From a virus: DNA of 64,000 bases. Of the stretch, positions 1 to 9,107 are shown piece by piece. The stretch is from positions 36,551-100,550 of the IMG/VR virus record IMGVR_UViG_3300042402_003388. One strand, given 5' to 3'. Each line of letters opens with the position of its first letter. Within the stretch, counting starts at the first letter, position 1. The notes under the pieces are model-generated. The model was not told where the DNA came from, searched no databases, and saw only the letters and a program-made list of their open reading frames with translations. Position numbers and translations under genes: made by a program.

Positions 1-2
1 AA

Positions 3-647
3 TCTAAAGGTGTTACAGGAAGTAAGGCTAAAAAAATTATTAGTATTATTGAACGAGCTTCGGTAAAATCTGATGCTGAAATGTTAAAAGTATTTGAGGA
101 TAGTGTTACTACTATATTGAAAAAAGAAGGTGCGAGTCCTGAGATTATAAGTAAATTTTTAACAAAATTTGACGCGGCTAAAGAGGCTTTTGGTAGATTA
201 GGGTTTGCAGGTAAAGTTACATTTTGGATAGCAACTGATTTAATAGTTGCAAATACCGTACAAGGTCTTATGTATATGACCGCTCTTGACCAAACATTTC
301 CAACAGTTTATGGTATCTTTCAAATTTTAGGTTTCCATTTGGCACCTGGTATTAATACAATAAGACAGTCGTTTGTTGATAGTGCGGAAGAAATTAAAAA
401 AGGGCCTGAACAAAATAATTCAAGTACTTCAGCACCTAATAACAGTGCATCTACTGAAGCAACTAAAGATGACTTTAAAACTTGGTATGATAAAAAGTAT
501 CCTCAATATAGCAGTATGTTAACATCTTGGGAAGTTGATGGTTCAGATAAAAGTATAATCATAGCTAAAGGTAAAAAGAATGACGGTACTGAAGTAACTC
601 AAAAATATAAAAAACTAACAGATGGGACTTATGAATTCCAAAAATAA
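3..647 (+). CDS. hypothetical protein, 5'-truncated (frame open from window start)
   Basis: Frame of ORF 81..647 is open back to base 3; no recognisable motif. Confidence 0.7.
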   Translation, partial: SKGVTGSKAKKIISIIERASVKSDAEMLKVFEDSVTTILKKEGASPEIISKFLTKFDAAKEAFGRLGFAGKVTFWIATDLIVANTVQGLMYMTALDQTFPTVYGIFQILGFHLAPGINTIRQSFVDSAEEIKKGPEQNNSSTSAPNNSASTEATKDDFKTWYDKKYPQYSSMLTSWEVDGSDKSIIIAKGKKNDGTEVTQKYKKLTDGTYEFQK

Positions 648-2277
648 TAAAAAGATTAACGTTAATACCATTATTAATAAATTATTTGAATACGAAAATC
701 CAAATAATTTAAATGGTATGCGTAAAATATTGGCCGAGAATCCTTTTGACCAAGGTAATAGTGGTGGTAACAATCCTTTTGAACAAGGTAATAGTGGCGG
801 TAACAATCCTTTTGAACAAGGTAATAGTGGTGGTAATAACCAAAACAATAACAACCAAAACAATAACAACCAAAACAATAACAACCAAAACAATAACAAC
901 CAAAACAATAACAACCAAAATAACAATAACAACCAAAACAATAACAATTCAACTATAAGTAATCAAACTACTTTTGAAGCTGCGATTGCCGCTGGATTTC
1001 CAAAATGTGTTGCAATTCAAAACGGTACTTTGAACAATCAAAAAGAGATGGTTGTTAACTATCAGAGTGTTACTTACACATTTAAAACTGATGGGACATA
1101 CAAAAGAAGTGATAATACCTCTGGAACTTGGAAGTGTAATGGGGATACTGATGTAACAATAACCGAATCAGGAGGAAGTAATAACAACCAACAAAGCGGA
1201 GGTGATTGGATGGCAGGGTTTCCTGAATGTGTTAAGTCATTTAAACAAAGTAATCCATATTTGTATACAAATGGTAAGGATAATAAAGGCGTTGAAGTTG
1301 AGATATTCTTCACAAAAGTTGCAAGACAAGGAGGAAATTACGCAGCCATCTCAAGACCTATTGGTTCGAGAGACGCATCTGAACAAGTTAAATTATCCTA
1401 CAACTGTAATAATGGTTTAAAAATTACCGACATATACGGATTAGAATATACTGTAGGTCCTGTAGGTATGAGTAATACTCAACAATCCAATTTAACTTCT
1501 GAACAATCAGAGACTTATAATATGGTTACCGAGACTAATAATTTTTTAGGTCTTAAAGTTATTATGGGTAATTACAGATTAAATACTGTCGAATTAACTC
1601 AAGCAACTGAGGCGGTTATTTCAGGTATTAATTCAAAATATAGAAGTAATGGTTTTGGATACTATGCAACTTTCTTAGAAAATTTAATTGAGTTTTATTC
1701 GTCTATGGGGGAAAAGTATCAAAGATACGTTACAACCTTGAATGAAAATTTCACTCAAGTTAAAGGAGCTATGACAAACGCAACAAATGCGTTAGCTCAG
1801 ACAAGTAATCAATCAAATTGGAATCCATTAACAAATCCACCTCAAAAAGATATAATGAATTACACTGAGGTTAAATTTGATAAAGCACCATTTACAACAC
1901 CATTTACTGCTTATGTGTTAAAAGGTCAAAATATGACTACTAACGCCACTGCAAACATTGATGCGAATCTTTCGAAATATATGGAAGGTAATAAATTAAC
2001 CGCCGAATTCTGTAAAACAACTATCTCTAAATTATTGGAGTGTATCCAATATCAAGAAACAGGGTTATTTAAGAAGAAAGCGGAATCGGTTACAAGTTGT
2101 GAAGCGTTTGAGATTGGCGAATTAAAAGCAATGAAACAAGTTGTTGCGAATTGTGCAAGAAAACGAATTATTACTGATAGAAATCAAATAAGTGCGTTGT
2201 CTGACGAAGGATTAGAAGATAGATACAGAGTGTCATTCGCGTCTATGAAGTCTATGGACCAACCACCATTACAATAA
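622..2277 (+). CDS. hypothetical, probably virion-associated protein with NPFEQGNSGG and NNNNQ repeats
   Basis: 551-aa ORF, low-complexity N-terminal linker, Cys-pair repeats (FPKCV/FPECV); true start may be 631. Confidence 0.75.
   Translation: MGLMNSKNNKKINVNTIINKLFEYENPNNLNGMRKILAENPFDQGNSGGNNPFEQGNSGGNNPFEQGNSGGNNQNNNNQNNNNQNNNNQNNNNQNNNNQNNNNNQNNNNSTISNQTTFEAAIAAGFPKCVAIQNGTLNNQKEMVVNYQSVTYTFKTDGTYKRSDNTSGTWKCNGDTDVTITESGGSNNNQQSGGDWMAGFPECVKSFKQSNPYLYTNGKDNKGVEVEIFFTKVARQGGNYAAISRPIGSRDASEQVKLSYNCNNGLKITDIYGLEYTVGPVGMSNTQQSNLTSEQSETYNMVTETNNFLGLKVIMGNYRLNTVELTQATEAVISGINSKYRSNGFGYYATFLENLIEFYSSMGEKYQRYVTTLNENFTQVKGAMTNATNALAQTSNQSNWNPLTNPPQKDIMNYTEVKFDKAPFTTPFTAYVLKGQNMTTNATANIDANLSKYMEGNKLTAEFCKTTISKLLECIQYQETGLFKKKAESVTSCEAFEIGELKAMKQVVANCARKRIITDRNQISALSDEGLEDRYRVSFASMKSMDQPPLQ
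739..945 (+). repeat. in-frame tandem repeats: 33 bp x3 (739-837) then about 15 bp x7
   Basis: aatccttttgaMcaaggtaatagtggYggtaaY x3; aaccaaaacaataac units. Confidence 0.95.
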
Positions 2278-2293
2278 AAAAACAAATAAAGAT

Positions 2294-2983
2294 ATGAGTC
2301 TTAAAAACAATATAAGAAAACAATTAATCGAAACTAAAGAAAGTAAAAATCGATTGTTAGGTGAATCTAAGATAATTCAAACAAGATTCTTAATGATTGC
2401 TGAATCTTCTAAGATTAAAACTAAAAAACAGTTAGACGAAACTTTTGTTAATCTTCTTTCTGAGATGATTTACTTACATAAACAAGGTTTTGATAGTAAT
2501 TTAATTAAAGAGAACGCTGAAAGTGTTTTCACCGTTTTAGGTAACTTATTTGGTGGAAGTACTAATGCAGTAGTTGAATTATTTAAAGAAAAAGGAGTTA
2601 GATGGATATTAGAAAAATTAGGAATTGAGGATAACAATTTCCTTAAGAATTTCTTAATTACCGCTTTAGGTAATACGGATTTAAAAGATGTCCCTAAATT
2701 ATTTTCAGATTGTGAGTTTTTAACAGAAAAAATATCAGAGTCTATCCCTGAGGCGTACCTAAGACAATTAGAGTATGAAAAAGGTATGGGTGGTGATTTT
2801 ATGGACTTCGTTAGAAATTCATTATATGATGTGATTAAAAGTAGTGACTTTGGAGACAAAGTTAAAGAAAAGATTTCAGGTATTGTTTGTCCATTAGTGG
2901 ACAAAATGTCTGAAAAATTCGGCAATCAATTAGATTCAATGAAATCTTCTTTGATTCCCGCTGACTCGGATACTCAATCGTAA
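2294..2983 (+). CDS. hypothetical protein (likely head-internal)
   Basis: 229-aa ORF with (I/L)xE-rich N-terminus. Confidence 0.75.
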   Translation: MSLKNNIRKQLIETKESKNRLLGESKIIQTRFLMIAESSKIKTKKQLDETFVNLLSEMIYLHKQGFDSNLIKENAESVFTVLGNLFGGSTNAVVELFKEKGVRWILEKLGIEDNNFLKNFLITALGNTDLKDVPKLFSDCEFLTEKISESIPEAYLRQLEYEKGMGGDFMDFVRNSLYDVIKSSDFGDKVKEKISGIVCPLVDKMSEKFGNQLDSMKSSLIPADSDTQS

Positions 2984-3035
2984 TTGATTGTTTATTATAA
3001 ATAGATAAAAAAAAGGAGGGTAATTTTTCCTGTGG

Positions 3036-3063
3036 AAAAGGAGGTCATTTGACCTCCTTTTTT
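3036..3063. terminator. bidirectional intrinsic terminator
   Basis: AAAAGGAGGTCA-TT-TGACCTCCTTTTTT between convergent genes. Confidence 0.85.
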
Positions 3064-3067
3064 CATT

Positions 3068-3742
3068 TTACCCCTTCTTAGATTTTACGATTTCATCAAT
3101 GATACCGTAATTAAGTGCCTCTTGTGAAGATAACCATAAGTCACGACTTGCATCTTTCATTACCTGTTTTGCCGTTTTATCACAGTAACTACCAAGTAAT
3201 TCAAATAGAGTCTCGTTGATTTTTTTCCATTCTTTCATATCGATTTCCGCATCTTGGATATTTCCACGGAATCCCCCTGAAGATTGGTGTAACATTGTTC
3301 TTGAGAAACGTAATGAAGAACGTTTTCCTTTAGTACCTGCACCTAACAATACTGAACCCATTGACGCCGCCATACCTGTGTTTACTGTACGGATATCACA
3401 TTTAATGTAATCCATTACGTCAACCATACTTAGACCTGATTTAACCGACCCACCTGGACTGTCAATGTGCATTGTGATGTCTGTACTGTCAGCAGAATCC
3501 AAGAACATTAACTGAGCTTGAACAATAGTTGACATATTATCATTAACCTCACCCGCAACCCATAAGATACGGTCTCTCATTAATCTTGAGAAGATGTCAA
3601 TTTGAGTTGCTCTCATTTCTCTTTCCTCCAAAATGTATGGAGTCATTGAATTCTCAATTTGTTTTGAGTAGTAATCCAAATGACTTGATGGTTTATACAA
3701 GTGTTTCGTGTAATACGATTTAAATTCTTTTGCGTTATCCAT
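3068..3742 (-). CDS. clpP: ATP-dependent Clp protease proteolytic subunit
   Basis: DIFSRLMRDRI, IDSPGGSV, GMAASMGS (catalytic Ser), TMLHQ (His), RDLWLS...YGIID. Confidence 0.97.
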   Translation of the reverse strand: MDNAKEFKSYYTKHLYKPSSHLDYYSKQIENSMTPYILEEREMRATQIDIFSRLMRDRILWVAGEVNDNMSTIVQAQLMFLDSADSTDITMHIDSPGGSVKSGLSMVDVMDYIKCDIRTVNTGMAASMGSVLLGAGTKGKRSSLRFSRTMLHQSSGGFRGNIQDAEIDMKEWKKINETLFELLGSYCDKTAKQVMKDASRDLWLSSQEALNYGIIDEIVKSKKG

Positions 3743-3761
3743 AGTTAAATTTTAAATTTAG

Positions 3762-3841
3762 TATCAGAGGAGGGACTCGAACCCTCACGCCGTAGCATAT
3801 GCTCCTAAGGCATACGTGTCTACCAATTCCACCACTCTGAT
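3762..3841 (-). tRNA. tRNA-Leu(TAG)
   Basis: ATCAGAG/CTCTGAT acceptor stem, CT-TAG-GA loop, long variable arm, GTTCGAGTC. Confidence 0.93.
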
Positions 3842-3844
3842 ATT

Positions 3845-4050
3845 TGGCCCCACCTGAGATTACGGTGAGTAGATATTCCTAGTTTTTCCTATTGAAAAAC
3901 CCTGCGTGTCTTACCACTTAAAACGTCAAACATACTCGGTGGATTTGTTACGTCCAGGCTCCGACGAACCCCCTCTCTAAAGTCGTGGAAGGCGACAACT
4001 ATAACATCTTGAAAGAACGTTACCAAACTTTCAGAGTATCTCTTACTCTT
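3845..4050 (-). ncRNA. possible structured RNA between the two tRNA-Leu genes
   Basis: Non-coding, GC-richer than genome, local hairpins, boxA variant GTTCTTTCAA at 4009-4018. Confidence 0.35.
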
Positions 4051-4052
4051 AG

Positions 4053-4138
4053 TACTCGGGGCGGGAATCGAACCCGCACGGACCTTACGGTCCATCAGAT
4101 TTTAAGTCTGACGTGTCTACCTATTCCACCACCCGAGC
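4053..4138 (-). tRNA. tRNA-Leu(TAA)
   Basis: GCTCGGG/CCCGAGT stem, TCAGA-CT-TAA-AA-TCTGA, long variable arm. Confidence 0.95.
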
Positions 4139-4140
4139 GT

Positions 4141-4165
4141 TTCAAAGAACTATGGTACAAATGTA
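4141..4165 (-). promoter_or_regulatory. Bacteroidota -7 element (TAcaTTTG) followed by boxA (GTTCTTTGAA)
   Basis: Minus strand reads TACATTTG-taccata-GTTCTTTGAA directly before tRNA-Leu(TAA). Confidence 0.7.
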
Positions 4166-4180
4166 CGAAAGAAATTTCAA

Positions 4181-4678
4181 TTAATCAAATCCCATCGAAC
4201 TTTTATATTCAATCCACACACGTTCAATTGAATTATTTAGAACATCTGAGAATAAGGATGGTTCATATGGTTTTGCCCTCATATTCAAACCCGCTTCTTG
4301 TGGTGTTCTGTCTGCTTTGTATAAATTACACTTATGACAACAAGTTACCAAGTTACTCCAAGTATTCTTACCACCCTTTGATTTTGGTATAACGTGGTCT
4401 AACGTTAATTGTTTTGTTGAACCACAATAAACACATTCTCCATTATCTCTTCTGTAAATTCTATTTCTGTTAACCCTAATATTCCTAACTCTGTATTTTA
4501 CATACTTCAATAGACGAATGATTAATGGACGAACAAAATTTTGATAACCTGCATAGATAGGGTTGTCGGAACTCTTTAAGATTTCCGCTTTACCTTTAAA
4601 CACTAACTTAAAACCTCTTTGAGGTGAAGTTACGTTTATTGGGGTATAATCCGAATTTAATACTAATACTCTATCCAT
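4181..4678 (-). CDS. HNH endonuclease (McrA/HNH_5-like)
   Basis: RDNGECVYCG...LTLDHVIPKSKGG...NLVTCCHKCNLYK. Confidence 0.93.
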   Translation of the reverse strand: MDRVLVLNSDYTPINVTSPQRGFKLVFKGKAEILKSSDNPIYAGYQNFVRPLIIRLLKYVKYRVRNIRVNRNRIYRRDNGECVYCGSTKQLTLDHVIPKSKGGKNTWSNLVTCCHKCNLYKADRTPQEAGLNMRAKPYEPSLFSDVLNNSIERVWIEYKSSMGFD

Positions 4679-4713
4679 AACTGTGCAAATTTAATACATT
4701 TTTTTTATAAAAC

Positions 4714-4743
4714 AAAAAAAGGTCACAATTTCTTGTGACCTTT
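4714..4743 (-). terminator. attenuator terminator of leader 3
   Basis: AAAGGTCACAA-GAAA-TTGTGACCTTT plus U-tract; left arm can alternatively pair with GTGACCTT in the leader ORF (4797-4804). Confidence 0.85.
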
Positions 4744-4771
4744 CTTTTATACGTTTTTAGTTTAACTAATC

Positions 4772-4876
4772 TTATTTTTGTTTATCTAAACCGCGTAAGG
4801 TCACTATACCATTGCCACATAACGATGTGATAATGTTATCCTGTATCAAAAGACCTGTGTTGTTATACGTTTTCAT
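4772..4876 (-). CDS. putative leader peptide 3 (34 aa, MKTYNNTGLLIQDNIITSLCGNGIVTLRGLDKQK)
   Basis: Short ORF absent from the ORF track, TATTTAT motif upstream, overlaps antiterminator segment; Leu codons CTT, TTG, TTA x3. Confidence 0.65.
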   Translation of the reverse strand: MKTYNNTGLLIQDNIITSLCGNGIVTLRGLDKQK

Positions 4877-4908
4877 AAATTACGGTTTTCTTTCTTATAA
4901 ATATGTTC

Positions 4909-5733
4909 CTATTCTGAAACCGCCCTACCTTTTAAAGATTTCCAATCTTGTTCAGGACGAACTTCTAAATTAGTTTTCCAAGCCGACTCTAATACGTTCA
5001 TATTACAACCTACTTCTTTAGCCATAGTAATTAACGCATTTATATCCTTTGGGAAACAAGTTCCACCAAAACCTAATTTACCATCAGGACCTGGAACGTG
5101 TAAATGGGAATCCCCAATTCTACCATCGGAAGCAAACCCGTAAAGAGCGTCTTCCCAATTAACACCAATTAATTGACTTAATCTATAATATTCATTCATC
5201 AGACTAACTTTTGCCGCGAAGAATGTGTTATTCATATATTTCACAAACTCAGCAGTTTTGGAATCAGTGTGAATGATGTGTCTATTCATAAATCGGTCGT
5301 TGAATAATTCCTCAACTTGTTTAGTTAACGATGGTTCACCTCCTAAAATAATTCTTGCCTGTGTTAACATATCTAACTTGGCAGTTCTCTCAGTTAAAAA
5401 CTCAGGTGAAAATATAATGTTATGACCGTATTTTTTAATTAAAGAGTCGGTAGTACCTGGTAATACGGTTGATTTGATAATGAAAATAGTATTTTCATTG
5501 TAAATAATGTTACCGAAAAAGTCTTCAATAAATGAAATATCTTGAGACCCATCACTGAACATTGGGGTTGGTAAACATACAAAAATAAATTCTTGTTCCA
5601 TTACTTCTTCTAATGTGTGAGTAGCCTTTAACGGATTAATGTCGTAAACTTTAACATCTGATGTTGGGCTAAATGCGAATGCAATAGTTTCCCCAACAAA
5701 ACCATTACCTATTACTCCTACTGTTTTTTTCAT
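4909..5733 (-). CDS. UDP-glucose/GDP-mannose dehydrogenase family (lacks C-terminal domain)
   Basis: GNGFVG Rossmann motif, IKSTVLPGT, SPEFLTE, KYMNN, GFGGTCFPKD. Confidence 0.93.
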   Translation of the reverse strand: MKKTVGVIGNGFVGETIAFAFSPTSDVKVYDINPLKATHTLEEVMEQEFIFVCLPTPMFSDGSQDISFIEDFFGNIIYNENTIFIIKSTVLPGTTDSLIKKYGHNIIFSPEFLTERTAKLDMLTQARIILGGEPSLTKQVEELFNDRFMNRHIIHTDSKTAEFVKYMNNTFFAAKVSLMNEYYRLSQLIGVNWEDALYGFASDGRIGDSHLHVPGPDGKLGFGGTCFPKDINALITMAKEVGCNMNVLESAWKTNLEVRPEQDWKSLKGRAVSE

Positions 5734-5786
5734 ATTATTTATTTAAAAATTATTATACATATAATTATAATAAGAAAAATAATTAA

Positions 5787-6272
5787 ATGAATAGTGAAGT
5801 AAATTACGAATCTTTTGGGGGGTGGGCCATCTCAAGAAAACTGTTTGAATGGATTTTAAACCATTTACCGAAAGGAAGTACAATACTTGAACTAGGTAGT
5901 GGTAATGGTACTAAAGAGTTAGTTAAATTCTACAATGTGTATAGTGTGGAACATAACATTGAATGGGTTAATTTGGTTCCCGAATCTACGTATATTTACG
6001 CCCCTTTAATTAATGGATGGTATGATGTTGAAATTTTAAAACAAGAATTACCGACTCACTATGATTTACTACTTATCGACGGTCCAATAGGTAAAAATAG
6101 GGTTAATATTATTAATCATTACAAAATGTTTAAAACTGATATACCTATAATTATTGATGATACTAATCGTGAAGATGATAATAACCTTTCAATATTTTTA
6201 AGAAAAACCCTAAATAAAAAAGCATCACTATCTGTGACCTGTGAAGATAAAATATTTACAATTATTTACTAA
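5787..6272 (+). CDS. class I SAM-dependent methyltransferase-like
   Basis: ILELGSGNG, LLLIDGP, IIIDD. Confidence 0.75.
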   Translation: MNSEVNYESFGGWAISRKLFEWILNHLPKGSTILELGSGNGTKELVKFYNVYSVEHNIEWVNLVPESTYIYAPLINGWYDVEILKQELPTHYDLLLIDGPIGKNRVNIINHYKMFKTDIPIIIDDTNREDDNNLSIFLRKTLNKKASLSVTCEDKIFTIIY

Positions 6273-6976
6273 TGGAGGAAAATGAAAAATACGACTTTTG
6301 TATTGTTATTACGACATATGAAAGAGAGGATATGTTAAAACAGTTACTGAAAGATATTTTTGAATACACTGAATATAAAATGTATGTGGTCGTTTTTGAT
6401 GATGGAAGTAAACACCCTTATGACTTAAGTGAGTATGACGTAAAATATGTTAAATATGTAAAAAATAATGGGTTAAAGAATCTTTGGAGAGTGATAAGCG
6501 ACACTTTTAAATTTTGTAAAAATATAGACGCTAAGTATTATTTCTATTTTCAGGATGATTTGCGTCTGAAAAAAAACTTTTTCCAAGAAAGTATTAGAAT
6601 TTTTGAAAATATCCCTGACGAGAATAAAATTAGTTTAGGGACATTAATGATTGACACCCAAAGAAACATACCTAAATGGACGGGAGTTTATCCAATTGAG
6701 TATGACGAATATTATAAAACACAATGGTGTGAGTTAGTTTTTATGTGTGAATACAAGTTTTTCGAATCTTTAGAATTTAAACTTAACCCAATACCTATGT
6801 CAAGATGGGATAAAAATCCTAATAATAGTAGCGGTGTTGGTCAACAAATTAGTGTTAGATTATTTGAAAAAGGTTTAAATATGTATCACGTAATTAATAC
6901 ATTAACCACTCACGGTGACCACGAGTCTGTAATATTACCCGAACTTAGAAAAAATGAAAAATTAATTGCAATATAA
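6272..6976 (+). CDS. GT2-family glycosyltransferase
   Basis: IVITTYER, VFDDGS, YFQDD. Confidence 0.85.
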   Translation: MEENEKYDFCIVITTYEREDMLKQLLKDIFEYTEYKMYVVVFDDGSKHPYDLSEYDVKYVKYVKNNGLKNLWRVISDTFKFCKNIDAKYYFYFQDDLRLKKNFFQESIRIFENIPDENKISLGTLMIDTQRNIPKWTGVYPIEYDEYYKTQWCELVFMCEYKFFESLEFKLNPIPMSRWDKNPNNSSGVGQQISVRLFEKGLNMYHVINTLTTHGDHESVILPELRKNEKLIAI

Positions 6977-6990
6977 AATTTAAAAATAAT

Positions 6991-8757
6991 ATGGATAAAA
7001 TAATATATAATGTTGCAAGCTATAAAAGAGGAGATACTTTAATAAAAACTATACAATCAATTTATAATCAATGTGATATTATCAACGTTGCACTTAATGA
7101 TTATGATGAAATACCTGTTGAATTGTACGATAAAAAAATAAATTTATTTATTACGGATAATGACAGAGGGGATGCGTATAAATTTTATAAATTAATGAAT
7201 TCTGAGGGTTATTATTTCACAATTGATGATGATTTAATATACCCCGAAAATTATACCGAATATATGGTTGATAAAGTTAATCAATATGGTAAAAAATCGA
7301 TAATTACACAACACTCAAGAAGTTTTAATTCATTTCCTATTAATAATTTTTATGGTCGTAATACCTTAGTTAATCATTTTAAACAACTACAAACTAACGA
7401 TATTAAAGTTCAATTTGGAGGTACTGGTGTTATGTGTTTTCACACTGATTTATTTAAAGTACCTATTGAATATTTTGATAGACCAAATATGGCTGATGTG
7501 TGGATTGGTAAATACGCAAAAGAAAATGATATTGATATTATATGCGTCAAACATAATAGCGGGTTTGTAGTACAACAAAATTTTGAGGACTCAATATATA
7601 CCTCCGATTCCAAAAATGATACAATTCAGACAATTTTGACTAACGACTGTTATATGGATAAGGAAGTGTCGATAATCATACCTACATTTGATAATGTTGA
7701 ATATATTCAAGAATGTTTAGATTCCGTAGTATCCTCGTGTTCTATGATTAATAACTTTGAAATATTGGTAGGTATCGACTATTGTCCAAAAACTTTAAAA
7801 TTTATAATGGAAAATAGTTTTGACTATCGAATAAGATTTTATTTTTTTAATGACAATGTCGGTCCGTATATCATTAAAAATTCATTATCAAGAATTTCTA
7901 AATCGGATAATATAATTTTTTTTGATTCTGATGATGTTATGGATAAAGATATGGTTAGTGAGGTTTTGTTAGGACTTAAAACTTCAGAATGTGTTAAACC
8001 AATGTTTCATAATTTTACTAATTATATTGATTATGACGACCCAAAATATAACTTAGAAACTAAGTTATTTGGTGAAGGGGTATTCGGAATTAAAAAAAAT
8101 ATTTTTTTAAATTTTAACGGGTTTGAAGGGTGGAGATGTGCCGCGGATTCTGACTTTATGGTTAGAATTCAAAAAAATGGAGTAACATTTAATTGGGCTA
8201 AAAAATTATTGTTTTACCGAAGAATACACGATAAAGGTTTAACAACGATTCCTGAAACTAATTATGGGTCTAAATTACGTAAACATTATATTGAGTTAAC
8301 AAATTCAAAAACAAATTTTGGGCCACTGGATGAAATGAAGATTTCGGATTTTACAAGAATTTATACTAAAACAGAAATAACTAAAATTAGTTATCGTAAT
8401 ATTATACCGACCAAACCTGTAATTGAGACTCCACAACATAGTACTGAGGATACTTTAAAACAAGTTTATTCTAAAAGTACGGTTATCGATAATAAAGTTA
8501 AACCAATTAATACTGAGGATAAAATTCTATCTAAATCAATTGAAAAGTCGGATAATAGTACAGTAGAAGATATTCGTAAAAATGTTTTATCATTATTGTC
8601 TGATAAAAAAGTTGTTAAAAAAATTGATAAGGATTTGATTGACCAAAAAAGACAAAATAGTAGAGATGTTGTAATACCGTATACAATTCAACCTGTTAAA
8701 AAGACCAGTAGAACGAGTGGGATTAACACAAAAAGAGGGGGAGGATTTAATTTTTAA
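6991..8757 (+). CDS. two-domain GT-A glycosyltransferase
   Basis: TIDDDLIYP in first domain; SIIIPTFD and FFDSDD in second. Confidence 0.85.
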   Translation: MDKIIYNVASYKRGDTLIKTIQSIYNQCDIINVALNDYDEIPVELYDKKINLFITDNDRGDAYKFYKLMNSEGYYFTIDDDLIYPENYTEYMVDKVNQYGKKSIITQHSRSFNSFPINNFYGRNTLVNHFKQLQTNDIKVQFGGTGVMCFHTDLFKVPIEYFDRPNMADVWIGKYAKENDIDIICVKHNSGFVVQQNFEDSIYTSDSKNDTIQTILTNDCYMDKEVSIIIPTFDNVEYIQECLDSVVSSCSMINNFEILVGIDYCPKTLKFIMENSFDYRIRFYFFNDNVGPYIIKNSLSRISKSDNIIFFDSDDVMDKDMVSEVLLGLKTSECVKPMFHNFTNYIDYDDPKYNLETKLFGEGVFGIKKNIFLNFNGFEGWRCAADSDFMVRIQKNGVTFNWAKKLLFYRRIHDKGLTTIPETNYGSKLRKHYIELTNSKTNFGPLDEMKISDFTRIYTKTEITKISYRNIIPTKPVIETPQHSTEDTLKQVYSKSTVIDNKVKPINTEDKILSKSIEKSDNSTVEDIRKNVLSLLSDKKVVKKIDKDLIDQKRQNSRDVVIPYTIQPVKKTSRTSGINTKRGGGFNF

Positions 8758-8765
8758 AAATAAAA

Positions 8766-8796
8766 TTTGACTTTTTACGTTACATACGTATATTTA
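8766..8796 (+). promoter_or_regulatory. near-consensus Bacteroidota promoter for leader 1
   Basis: TTTG(8766)-N19-TATATTTA(8789). Confidence 0.55.
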
Positions 8797-8819
8797 ATTA
8801 AAAACAAGTAAAACTGCAA

Positions 8820-8894
8820 ATGAAAACAACACATATCATACTAATAGGCGGGACAGATAGAACTGAAGCGACTACTCCAATGGAGATGGTGTGA
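8820..8894 (+). CDS. putative leader peptide 1 (24 aa, MKTTHIILIGGTDRTEATTPMEMV)
   Basis: Short ORF between promoter and terminator; codons match tRNA array 9015-11322. Confidence 0.8.
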   Translation: MKTTHIILIGGTDRTEATTPMEMV

Positions 8895-8918
8895 TATTCC
8901 TATACTATGAATTCACTG

Positions 8919-8947
8919 AACCCATCTCCAAAAGAGATGGGTTTTTT
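8919..8947 (+). terminator. attenuator terminator of leader 1
   Basis: AACCCATCTC-CAAAA-GAGATGGGTT-TTTT; CCATCTCCA (8922-8930) alternatively pairs with TGGAGATGG (8881-8889). Confidence 0.88.
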
Positions 8948-8967
8948 GTTTTTAGATTGTTAAACAT

Positions 8968-8998
8968 TTTGTTCTTTGAAATATTGGTTGTATCTTTG
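8968..8998 (+). promoter_or_regulatory. boxA (GTTCTTTGAA 8971-8980) overlapping a Bacteroidota promoter (TTTG-N19-TATCTTTG)
   Basis: Direct motif match; same boxA precedes five RNA-gene units. Confidence 0.7.
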
Positions 8999-9014
8999 TA
9001 AAAGATTTAAAAAT

Positions 9015-9086
9015 GGTCCCTTCGTCTATCGGTTAGGACATATCCCTTTCACGGATAAAAGACGGGTTCGATTCCCGTAGGGACTA
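9015..9086 (+). tRNA. tRNA-Glu(TTC)
   Basis: TATCC-CT-TTC-AC-GGATA, cloverleaf. Confidence 0.95.
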
Positions 9087-9107
9087 CAAAACTTAAAAAA
9101 TATTATT

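Noticed and set aside
739-945. CRISPR array
   Set aside because: Repeats are contiguous, in-frame coding repeats with no unique spacers
615-958. Overlapping short ORFs on both strands
   Set aside because: Shadows of the low-complexity repeat in ORF 622..2277
4181-4678. HNH as intron-encoded homing endonuclease
   Set aside because: Free-standing with its own promoter; no flanking group I intron or split gene seen
8820-8947. T-box riboswitch as regulator of the tRNA arrays
   Set aside because: No T-box consensus (AAnnnGGGTGGnACCrCG) or stem I motifs; leaders are short and contain ORFs
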